From a virus (taxonomy: Duplodnaviria > Caudoviricetes): 64,000 nt of DNA. Made by a program: the position numbers and the translations under genes. Each line of letters opens with the position of its first letter. Position 1 is the stretch's first letter. The notes under the pieces were generated by a model that worked only from the letters and a program-made list of their open reading frames with translations, was not told the DNA's origin and ran no database searches. Shown here in pieces: positions 48,248-55,948 of the stretch. The stretch lies in IMG/VR virus record IMGVR_UViG_2848092901_000003, positions 18,022 to 82,021 of that record; one strand, given 5' to 3'.

Positions 48248-48410
48248 CTTTTTAAATTTCTCCTTTTCATTTCAATAAAAAAAACGACTGGAGTTTTTCT
48301 TTTCCAATCGCTGATACTCTTACTATTTAGTTTTCGTTTAAGTGGGATTTCTGATCCTTATCATCTTGCCTCCTGATTTTGAATAAAAAAACAGCAAATC
48401 TTTTTAAGAC

Positions 48411-48644
48411 TTACTGCATTCTTGTAATAACCGTCTCTCTATTTAATTTTGCTTTTCCTTTTCGCTTCATATAGCTTTCTATGTCAAACAAATTCTTCTT
48501 GTCATAATCCTCAAGCAGCTTATAATTCTTGTGCTTTGTAATATCGTATTTATCTGAAAGAAAAGGTCTGACACCTCTAAGCTGAAATATACATTTTCCA
48601 CCGTCCATTACAGTAATCTCATCTTGACTCATCAGTTCTTTGCC
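48411..48644 (-). pseudogene. virD4: 3' fragment of VirD4/TraG coupling protein gene, interrupted by insertion
   Basis: GKELMSQDEITVMDGGKCIFQLRGVRPFLSDKYDITKH is a TraG C-terminus; similarity stops at ~48645. Confidence 0.88.
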
Positions 48645-48785
48645 ACAATGTCAAGTGATGAATTAAAAAAAGCTATCAAAGAAATCCTTCTTCGATAGCA
48701 GCGTATTCAACATCTATTCACATTTCCTGCCTTGCGTTCTTCGAGCTGATGAAATATAATAAGAAATGTTGTCGGAGGTGCGAAT

Positions 48786-48959
48786 ATGGACTACATGACG
48801 CTCAAAGAGGCAAGCGAAAAATGGGGCGTTTCGTCCCGACAGATAAATTATTACTGCACCGATGGACGCATCCCCGGTGCTGTCAAAATGGCCGGTGTCT
48901 GGCTGATCCCCAAGGAGGCAGAGAAGCCAAAGGACAGACGGTATAACGAAAGCAGGTGA
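48786..48959 (+). CDS. Excisionase-like HTH DNA-binding protein (57 aa, missed by ORF track)
   Basis: MDYMTLKEASEKWGVSSRQINYYCTDGRIPGAVKMAGVWLIP; GGAGG SD. Confidence 0.8.
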   Translation: MDYMTLKEASEKWGVSSRQINYYCTDGRIPGAVKMAGVWLIPKEAEKPKDRRYNESR

Positions 48960-48963
48960 TACA

Positions 48964-49674
48964 GTGCTGCATATAGCAATTTGTGATGATGAAAAAGACT
49001 TTGTTCAGTATTTGACCGATTTACTGAACCAATACAGCAAGGAAACAGGACGGGACATAAAGATTACCCCGTACTATGACGGTATGGAGCTGATTGAAAA
49101 ATACGATCCAACCATAGACCTGATTTTCCTTGATATTCAAATGAAGGTGGTGGACGGACTTCATGCTGCCGAGCGTATCCGGCAAATGGACGAAACCGTG
49201 GGCATTATTTTTCTCACTACTCTTACACAGTATGGGCTTGAGGGATATAAATACCATGCGACGAACTACATCATTAAGCCCATGAAATATGCCCGGCTCA
49301 AATCAGAAATGGACAAATTCTTGGAGCGCAGCCAGAAAGAAGATACCCCCTCTCTGGTGATTACCAACGATACCGGCAAATATAAGGTGCCGCTAAAATC
49401 AATTCGATATGTTGAAACATATAACCGCAATCTGATGTTCCATACCGAGCAGGAAAATATTATCTGCTATAAGAGCATGAAAGAAGTGGAACGGGAGCTT
49501 TGCGACAAAGACTTTGTGCGCTGCCATACCAGCTACATTGTCAATCTGTTCTATGTGAAAGGCATCAAGAAGCTGGACATTGAATTGATTACAGGCGAGA
49601 TCATTCCCATCAGCCAGCCGAAACGGAAAGAATTTATGGAACGGCTGACGGACTATTGGGGGGATATGCTGTAA
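48964..49674 (+). CDS. LytTR-family response regulator
   Basis: IAICDD, LIFLDIQM, FLTT, YIIKP and FVRCHTSYIVNL. Confidence 0.93.
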   Translation: MLHIAICDDEKDFVQYLTDLLNQYSKETGRDIKITPYYDGMELIEKYDPTIDLIFLDIQMKVVDGLHAAERIRQMDETVGIIFLTTLTQYGLEGYKYHATNYIIKPMKYARLKSEMDKFLERSQKEDTPSLVITNDTGKYKVPLKSIRYVETYNRNLMFHTEQENIICYKSMKEVERELCDKDFVRCHTSYIVNLFYVKGIKKLDIELITGEIIPISQPKRKEFMERLTDYWGDML

Positions 49675-49959
49675 TGTGGTTATATCAAGTGCTCGACATA
49701 ACAGCAACGCTGACAGAATCTTTGGGACTGTATTTATTCAGTATTTGTTTTTGCAAAGAACCACGGTATCGTGCTTCTGTAAATAGATGGCTTATAACAG
49801 GTATAAGTTTTTTGTGTGCGTATACATTGACATGGTTTTCTGAACTTGGCGCACTCAAAGCGCCTTTTCTTCTTACGATTTATCTTGTCCTTTTGAAAGT
49901 TTGTTATAGAGATTCTGTCTATCAATGTGCTGTTGCTGAAGAACTGAATTATATTGCAA
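49674..49959 (+). pseudogene. Truncated membrane sensor kinase (N-terminal TM region only)
   Basis: ATG overlaps the regulator stop; about 95 hydrophobic codons, then reads into the antisense of an HTH gene. Confidence 0.7.
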
Positions 49960-50112
49960 CTTGTTCTCGATATTCGCAAGGTAGCGCGGGGAAATATATA
50001 ACTCGTCGCTTACCTTTTTGCGGCTCTCGCCGTATTCATTTCTCGCGGCTTTTATAGCTGCCCCGAAAGCCTTAAAGTCGTACAATGGTACGGGTCTTTT
50101 TGCCATTTTCAT
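49960..50112 (-). pseudogene. Truncated XRE/Tn916 Orf9-like HTH regulator
   Basis: FKAFGAAIKAARNEYGESRKKVSDELYISPRYLANIENK; breaks right after ENK. Confidence 0.75.
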
Positions 50113-50199
50113 TCACCCTGTTACATTTTACAGTTCACCTTTCTTTTTGGATATGTCCACACAATTCATATCATTAGGTTAAATACTTCCTGTTGTGTA

Positions 50200-50228
50200 T
50201 TGACAGTAGACTGATTTTCTGATAAAAT
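50200..50228 (+). promoter_or_regulatory. Consensus sigma-A promoter
   Basis: TTGACA (50200-50205) - 17 nt - TAAAAT (50223-50228). Confidence 0.85.
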
Positions 50229-50256
50229 AAAATTTATGTAAAAGGAGGCGGCGTTT

Positions 50257-50283
50257 ATGTTGCATAGCATGCGTATTAGATAA
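50257..50283 (+). CDS. Leader peptide MLHSMRIR (ErmDL-like)
   Basis: AGGAGG SD at 50243-50248, ATG 50257, TAA 50281; R-x-R motif at the C-terminus. Confidence 0.75.
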   Translation: MLHSMRIR

Positions 50284-50286
50284 GCA

Positions 50287-50327
50287 TTGAAAAAAAGGAT
50301 TTTCCCATTTTCAACATGGGCTTTTTT
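50287..50327 (+). terminator. Attenuator/terminator with alternative pairing
   Basis: CCCAT/ATGGG hairpin + T6; competing TTGAAAA (50287-50293) / TTTTCAA (50308-50314) stem. Confidence 0.6.
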
Positions 50328-50439
50328 GTCATGCTTATTTTGCGGATGCTATACAAAAAACTAACGACGTATAGATATAGTATAGACATAGTGCAAGCTA
50401 TGCCTTAGTTTTGTTGTACTGCTCTGTGCATTTTTTGGG

Positions 50440-50690
50440 TAGGGAAACCACCGGCTGTGCCGGTGGAGGTACCCCGTAAAAAAGCTTTAGCTTCAAGCAT
50501 CGAGCGAAGCGAGCTGCTAACAGCAAATTATCAGTGAAGAAAGACTTGCATTAGAACAGCGGCTGCCCGTTTACGGGCTGCGGGGCAAATGATGCGGGTG
50601 AAATAAAATTCAGTGCGTCTTGAGACGCATGCCGGTAATAGGCCCTTATAGGGCCAACTCAAGCCACCGGCTTAGCCGGTGGTTATGACT
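50440..50690 (+). mobile_element. Internally deleted IS200/IS605-type element (non-autonomous)
   Basis: Terminal hairpins CCACCGGC-TGT-GCCGGTGG (50448-50466) and CCACCGGC-TTA-GCCGGTGG (50664-50682); PFTG-coding remnant at 50567; no transposase ORF. Confidence 0.6.
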
Positions 50691-50716
50691 TGTGTAAAAA
50701 GGACGAGTGAAATATA

Positions 50717-50902
50717 ATGCTTAAAAAATATTGGATAAAATGTCCGATTTGTAACGGAAAGACGAGAGTTCAAGTATTTCATAATACTGTATTAAAAGAT
50801 TTTCCTCTTTTCTGCCCTAAATGCAAATTGACGCATATCATTGATGTAGAAAAATTAGAGATTGTAATCAAAAATACAGAAAAACAAACTTTTATTATTT
50901 AG
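50717..50902 (+). CDS. Cysteine-rich KTR domain protein
   Basis: WIKCPICNGKTRVQV..T.LKDFPLFCPKCK. Confidence 0.9.
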   Translation: MLKKYWIKCPICNGKTRVQVFHNTVLKDFPLFCPKCKLTHIIDVEKLEIVIKNTEKQTFII

Positions 50903-50918
50903 AAGAAAGGATATAAAA

Positions 50919-51902
50919 ATGAAACGTTTACCTAAATATACGCCTGCGGAAGTACGGAATGATCCATACGGATTTACTTACAAAGAAATGTCGGAAGTTA
51001 TTGGCGAGAATGAAGCAAAAGCCTTATATGAAGAATTATATAAGCAATTACCACGCAAAAAAAATCTATCAATGTTGGTAAAAAATATTTGCAAAAGCAG
51101 TGATACTGAAAAGTATGTTTACGAACTGAAAGACAACAAATACATTGAAACGGTTTTTATCAAGCGGCGAGATGGTGGAACTGTTTGCGTGAGCACACAA
51201 GTCGGTTGTCCTGTTGGTTGTATTTTTTGTGAGTCCGGGCGAAATGGCTTTGTTCGTAATCTAACATCGTCAGAAATCGTACAACAGATTATATTGTTGC
51301 GTCGAAAAGTAAACCGTATCGTTTTTATGGGTATGGGAGAGCCTTTATTCAATTATGACAACTTGATAAAAGCAATCCATATTCTCCGAGATAGATATGG
51401 GCTCAACTTTCCAACCGACGGCATTACCATATCAACAGTTGGTCCGGTCGATCAATTAAAAAAATTGCGCGAGGAACATCTTAAAATTCAGTTGACAATA
51501 TCTTTACACGCAGCAACACAATCTGCAAGAAATCGTATTATTCCTCACATGCGCATATATGCTATTGAAGATGTTGTTAAGCAAGCCTTATCCTATTCTG
51601 AAAGGCATAATCGCAAAATTGTCTTTGCGTATTTGCTTTTACCGGGTATAAATGACCGGCCCTCAGATGTAAGACAACTTGCAAAATGGTTTCGGGGCAA
51701 AAAAGTTATGATTAACGTGTTACAATACAACCCAACAAGCAATTCAAGAATTAAAGCACCACAGAAACGGGAAATAGTTGCATTCAAACATCAATTAGAG
51801 CAAGCAGGACTTGAAGTTACTATGAGAGTTTCTCATGGCAGAGAGATTAACGCGGCTTGTGGACAGTTAGCTAACACATATAATAAATTCAAAAAAAAAT
51901 GA
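50919..51902 (+). CDS. Divergent Cfr/RlmN-family radical-SAM RNA methyltransferase
   Basis: CVSTQVGCPVGCIFC (CxxxCxxC), MGMGEPL, SLHA and INAACGQL with the catalytic Cys; short N-terminus; AT-rich. Confidence 0.9.
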   Translation: MKRLPKYTPAEVRNDPYGFTYKEMSEVIGENEAKALYEELYKQLPRKKNLSMLVKNICKSSDTEKYVYELKDNKYIETVFIKRRDGGTVCVSTQVGCPVGCIFCESGRNGFVRNLTSSEIVQQIILLRRKVNRIVFMGMGEPLFNYDNLIKAIHILRDRYGLNFPTDGITISTVGPVDQLKKLREEHLKIQLTISLHAATQSARNRIIPHMRIYAIEDVVKQALSYSERHNRKIVFAYLLLPGINDRPSDVRQLAKWFRGKKVMINVLQYNPTSNSRIKAPQKREIVAFKHQLEQAGLEVTMRVSHGREINAACGQLANTYNKFKKK

Positions 51903-51929
51903 TTAAAAGTGCCAGACGCATAGACGCAG

Positions 51930-51977
51930 AGCCGATAACGCATTAGGTCAAAAAACCTATGTGTTATCGGCTTTTTT
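51930..51977 (+). terminator. Rho-independent terminator after Cfr/RlmN-like gene
   Basis: AGCCGATAAC / GTTATCGGCT stem + T run. Confidence 0.8.
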
Positions 51978-52375
51978 ATTTAATATTGCGCAAAAGCCGC
52001 TGTTCCCTATTATAGAATGGATTGCGGGTAGTGTATTAAAGTCGCCCTTTTTTAAGGATACGGCGGTATCGGGGAGGTATCGCCGTGTCCATTTTTATTT
52101 ACTGTAACCCGCCTAATGCTTTGCGGTCAAAAAAAGCTATGCTCCGCAAGCGGGATATTCCGGCTATGAATGTGAACTGTCAATACATTTAGCTACTGCT
52201 TACATTTCCTTTGCGCCCGTCCGCGTCTTGCGGACGGGCGCATTTTGCTTTTTTCAACTTTTTTCTGAAAAGCGCACTCAAGAGCCATCTCCCGAACGGG
52301 TACGGAGCGAAAGGGGCAGAGAGGACAAGCCCTTAACTCCCGTCCTCTACTCCACGCGGGAAGGAGGTGAACTCT

Positions 52376-52813
52376 ATGGAGCTATCTTCTTCCGACAAGG
52401 AAAGAATACAACATCAGTACGACGCATTAGCAAAGAAAACTTTGGTCGGCGAAGCGAAAAGCCACCGCCGCACTCTTGCGAAACGCGCAGCACGCGAAGT
52501 TACTTTTTCGGATTTGAGCGAAAGCGAACTCGCGCAGCTTTTCACAACGGACGAATACGAAAGCGATTATTTCCGTTTTCAAGTGTCCGGCTTTGATGTA
52601 CTCGTCAAAAATGAACTGCTTGCCGAAGCCCTTAACGCTTTGCCCGAAAGGAAACGCGACATTATCCTTTTGTCCTACTTCTTGGATATGAGCGACGCGG
52701 AAATTGGCGAACTGCTGAATGTTGTACGCACGACGGTTTTCCGGCACAGGAAATCCGCGCTTGCGAAAATCAAACAGTATTTGGAGGGAAAAGCAGATGA
52801 TGAATACCGTTAG
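52376..52813 (+). CDS. Sigma-70 region-4 protein (Tn916 Orf7-like)
   Basis: LAEALNALPERKRDIILLSYFLDMSDAEIGELLNV.R.TV. Confidence 0.88.
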   Translation: MELSSSDKERIQHQYDALAKKTLVGEAKSHRRTLAKRAAREVTFSDLSESELAQLFTTDEYESDYFRFQVSGFDVLVKNELLAEALNALPERKRDIILLSYFLDMSDAEIGELLNVVRTTVFRHRKSALAKIKQYLEGKADDEYR

Positions 52814-53039
52814 GAAGTCTGAAAATCTGTTGCCGTTCCCTGTCATTTCCGCAGCGGCAAACGGCGACACAACCGCCATGTGCGCGATCTTGAAGCACTA
52901 CGAGGGTTACATAGCGAAACTTTGTACCCGCACGCTGAAAGACGACGCGGGCAATACCTATTCCTATGTGGACGAGGAAATGCGTAACAGGCTGCAAGTG
53001 CGCCTTATTACCCGCACCCTTGCTTTTCATGTAGGATAA
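52797..53039 (+). CDS. Helix-turn-helix protein (Tn916 Orf8-like)
   Basis: LLPFPVISAAANGD..A...ILKHYEGYI..L..R..VDEEMR.RL. Confidence 0.88.
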   Translation: MMNTVRKSENLLPFPVISAAANGDTTAMCAILKHYEGYIAKLCTRTLKDDAGNTYSYVDEEMRNRLQVRLITRTLAFHVG

Positions 53040-53155
53040 TCTTTTAGCCCATGCGGGGAGCGTGTCCCCTTTCCACGCTTCCCGTTATGGGCTATTTGTC
53101 GTTCCGCAAAAGCATATCCGCTGTTGATGTGCTTTTGCAGGCCGACAAAGCCTAT

Positions 53156-53445
53156 TGTTCTTTGACAAAGAAAGCGGCCTTTGGTGCGCAGCATAACAGG
53201 CAAACGGGTACATTCCGTCTGTACCGAGCCAGTCGGCGGGTACGCCATGACAGCTTTTCCCCATAGGGGAAAAGCCGAGCGAGAACTACCGCGCCGTAAA
53301 ACAGGTTTAGCAGCTTGTGGGCGACGACATACAAGGCGGCACAATGATACTCCCGCGTTGAACACCCTCAAAGTATTGCGCGGCGCACCCATAAGCATGG
53401 GCCGGGGTGAAACTCCCGTGAGGTTGCAGCTAACAACCGCCCGTT
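53156..53445 (+). ncRNA. Candidate conserved structured non-coding element downstream of Orf8-like gene
   Basis: Non-coding; perfect 10-bp hairpin 53253-53275; blocks CGCCATGAC, CGAGCG, AATGATACTCCC and GGGGTGAAACTCCCGTGAG resemble the Tn916 orf8-xis spacer (from memory). Confidence 0.45.
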
Positions 53446-53497
53446 TTTGCCTTTTGACGAATATAGTTTATCCATACAGGAAAAGGAGGTTTTTCTA

Positions 53498-53671
53498 ATG
53501 GATAAAAAACAGACAATTACAACCGAACGCAAAATAGGGAAAATCACCTATCTTGTTCAAGCGTTGCCGAGTGAAAAGGCAACCGATACAATCCATAAAA
53601 AGATTGAGAAACTCATTGTAAAGGATTTGCAGAAAAAGCCCGGAAATCCGGGATTTTTAGCGTCCGAGTAG
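53498..53671 (+). CDS. TnpW-family transposon protein
   Basis: ERKIGKITYLV....SEKATDTI.KKIEKLI; AGGAGG SD; precedes the recombinase. Confidence 0.8.
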   Translation: MDKKQTITTERKIGKITYLVQALPSEKATDTIHKKIEKLIVKDLQKKPGNPGFLASE

Positions 53672-53748
53672 TGCATTAGGCGGCGGGATATGGTATAATG
53701 ATAGCAACACATTATACCTGTTTATTCGGCTGTCGGAAAGGAGGACTA

Positions 53749-55422
53749 ATGTTACAGTCGAATAAAATCACCGCCCTTTACTGCCGTTTAAGTCAAGAGG
53801 ATATGCAAGCCGGAGAAAGCGGAAGCATACAGCACCAAAAAATGATACTTCAACGCTATGCGGACGAACACCATTTTTTGAACACAAAGTTTTTTGTGGA
53901 CGACGGATTTTCCGGCGTGAGTTTTGAGCGCGAGGGGCTGCAAGCGATGTTGCAGGAAGTGGAAGCCGGACGAGTGGCGACGGTCATTACCAAAGACCTT
54001 TCCCGTCTTGGCAGAAACTATCTGAAAACGGGCGAACTCATAGAGATTGTATTTCCCGAAAACGGAGTACGCTATATCGCGATCAACGACGGAGTTGACA
54101 CAGCGCGGGAGGATAACGAGTTTACCCCCTTGCGGAACTGGTTTAACGAGTTTTACGCCCGCGACACAAGCAAGAAAATCCGCGCAGTTAAACAGGCACA
54201 GGCGCAAAAAGGCGAGCGCGTCAACGGGGAATATCCATACGGCTATATCCCAGACCCGAACAACCGCCACCACCTTATACCCGACCCGGAAACCGCGCCG
54301 ATTGTCAAACAGGTTTTCGCTATGTTTGTTAGCGGCGTGCGTATGTGCGAAATCCAAAAATGGCTTGCGGAAAACAAAGTCTTGACGATTGGAGCGTTGC
54401 GCTATCAGCGTACAGGACAGGCGCGGTATCAGCGGGCAATGATCGCCCCCTATACTTGGCCGGACAAAACGCTCTATGACATATTAGCAAGGCAGGAATA
54501 TTTAGGGCATACCATAACCGCGAAAACTCACAAGGTATCCTACAAGTCGAAAAAGACCCGGAAGAACGAAGAAGAACAACGCTATTTCTTCCCAAACACC
54601 CATGAGCCGCTTGTTGACGAGGAAACCTTTGAACTTGCGCAAAAGCGGATTGCTACCCGCCACCGCCCGACAAAAGCAGCGGAGATTGATATTTTTTCCG
54701 GCTTGCTGTTTTGCGCTGGTTGCAGACATAAGATGTATTACCAACAGGGCGTAAATATCGAGCCGCGCAAGTTTTCCTATTCTTGCGGCGCATGGCGCAA
54801 CAGGGCAAGGACAGGCAGCGAGTGTACCTCTCATTATATCCGCAAAAACGTACTTCTTGATTTAGTGCTGGAAGATATGCGGCGGGTTTTGCGGTATGTT
54901 AAGGAACACGAACAGGACTTTATCTGTAAAGCTACCGAGTACGGCGACATGGAAGCGAGAAAGGCATTAGCGCAGCAGCAAAAGGAACTTTTCAAAGCAC
55001 AGGCGCGTATGACCGAACTTGACACGCTTTTCCGCAAGCTGTATGAGGACAACGCATTAGGCAGACTGACAGATGAACGGTTTGTGTTTCTAACTTCCGG
55101 CTATGTGGACGAAAAGAAATCCCTTGCCGCAAGGATAGACGAGTTACAACAGCAGATCGCAACCGTTACCGAGCGAAAAAGGGATATATCAAGGTTTATT
55201 CAGATTGTCGGGAAATACAGCGACATACAGGAATTGACCTATGAAAACGTCCATGAGTTTATCGACCGTATTTTGATACATGAATTAGACCGGGAAACCA
55301 ACACCCGGAAAATCGAAATCCATTATAGCTTTGTCGGACAGGTTGATACCGAGCAGGAGCCGACGCAAGTTGTCAACCATGACCGCCGCAACATGGTAGA
55401 TGTAAAAAGTATCGCTATCTAA
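53749..55422 (+). CDS. TnpX/TndX-like large serine recombinase
   Basis: ALYCRLS, TKDLSRLGRNY, NEFYARDTSKKI, Zn ribbon and C-terminal coiled coil. Confidence 0.93.
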   Translation: MLQSNKITALYCRLSQEDMQAGESGSIQHQKMILQRYADEHHFLNTKFFVDDGFSGVSFEREGLQAMLQEVEAGRVATVITKDLSRLGRNYLKTGELIEIVFPENGVRYIAINDGVDTAREDNEFTPLRNWFNEFYARDTSKKIRAVKQAQAQKGERVNGEYPYGYIPDPNNRHHLIPDPETAPIVKQVFAMFVSGVRMCEIQKWLAENKVLTIGALRYQRTGQARYQRAMIAPYTWPDKTLYDILARQEYLGHTITAKTHKVSYKSKKTRKNEEEQRYFFPNTHEPLVDEETFELAQKRIATRHRPTKAAEIDIFSGLLFCAGCRHKMYYQQGVNIEPRKFSYSCGAWRNRARTGSECTSHYIRKNVLLDLVLEDMRRVLRYVKEHEQDFICKATEYGDMEARKALAQQQKELFKAQARMTELDTLFRKLYEDNALGRLTDERFVFLTSGYVDEKKSLAARIDELQQQIATVTERKRDISRFIQIVGKYSDIQELTYENVHEFIDRILIHELDRETNTRKIEIHYSFVGQVDTEQEPTQVVNHDRRNMVDVKSIAI

Positions 55423-55445
55423 CCCCAGCAAAAAAGGGGCCTGAA

Positions 55446-55901
55446 ATGAAAGAGTACACGCTAATTATCAAGGGAGAAATGGATTTTATCATCTTATCTC
55501 CGCAGGTGCTTTCTTCCCTGATTACTCAAATCCATAACAGCCCGGAGCGAAAAGTTGTGGTAAGTATTGAGAGCATCATGCCACCAAAGTTTACCGACTA
55601 TCTGCTTCGGGTAATCAATAGCAACCGCTTTAGCAATGAACGGTTCCGCTATCGCTACATTTTAGAAAATCCTGTTACAAAGAAAGGGATGTATGAGATT
55701 TTACGGCAACAGCTTTCCCGCACCAATACGGAGCGATTTCCTTGTTTTCAGACCATACAATTGACCGACACTTTCCAGGGTAATGTGGAGCTGGACATGG
55801 AGTGCAACGATCTGTTCTTTTGGGCTTGCAAAGATACAGCAGCAAAGTTTGTTTACACGTTCCCGGATGGACGGGAGGAAACACTGGTGATTGAATACTG
55901 A
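55446..55901 (+). CDS. Hypothetical protein
   Basis: 151 aa ORF with a purine-rich SD-like run; no motif recognised. Confidence 0.65.
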   Translation: MKEYTLIIKGEMDFIILSPQVLSSLITQIHNSPERKVVVSIESIMPPKFTDYLLRVINSNRFSNERFRYRYILENPVTKKGMYEILRQQLSRTNTERFPCFQTIQLTDTFQGNVELDMECNDLFFWACKDTAAKFVYTFPDGREETLVIEY

Positions 55902-55909
55902 ATGAGAAA

Positions 55910-55941
55910 AGCCCCATCCCTCAATGGTTGAGAGATGGGGC
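55910..55941. terminator. Hairpin terminator between convergent genes
   Basis: GCCCCATC / GATGGGGC stem. Confidence 0.65.
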
Positions 55942-55948
55942 AAACTAT

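Larger units (their letters stand above)
33533..48644 (-). mobile_element. Tn1549/CTn-type conjugative element segment (T4SS module)
   Basis: Minus-strand order virD4(3')-ssb-Maff2-virB6-prgI-virB4-CHAP-DUF4315-DUF4366-topB-KilA-helicase; AT-rich. Confidence 0.9.
48645..55930 (+). mobile_element. Composite serine-recombinase mobilisable element inserted in virD4 (right boundary uncertain)
   Basis: Begins at the virD4 break; carries HTH, LytTR, Cfr/RlmN-like cargo, orf7/orf8-like regulators, TnpW and a TnpX-like recombinase. Confidence 0.65.

Noticed and set aside
49656-50112. ORF-track proteins 49656-50057 (+) and 49873-50112 (-) as intact genes
   Set aside because: Both are chimeras reading across the ~49960 junction.
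50331-50408. Second short ORF (MLILRMLYKK..) after the attenuator
   Set aside because: No Shine-Dalgarno and no recognisable arrest motif.
50919-51902. Naming the gene cfr(C) or rlmN
   Set aside because: Its length, N-terminus and signature residues do not match the Cfr alleles I recall. It is also too divergent and too mobile in context to call housekeeping rlmN without a search.
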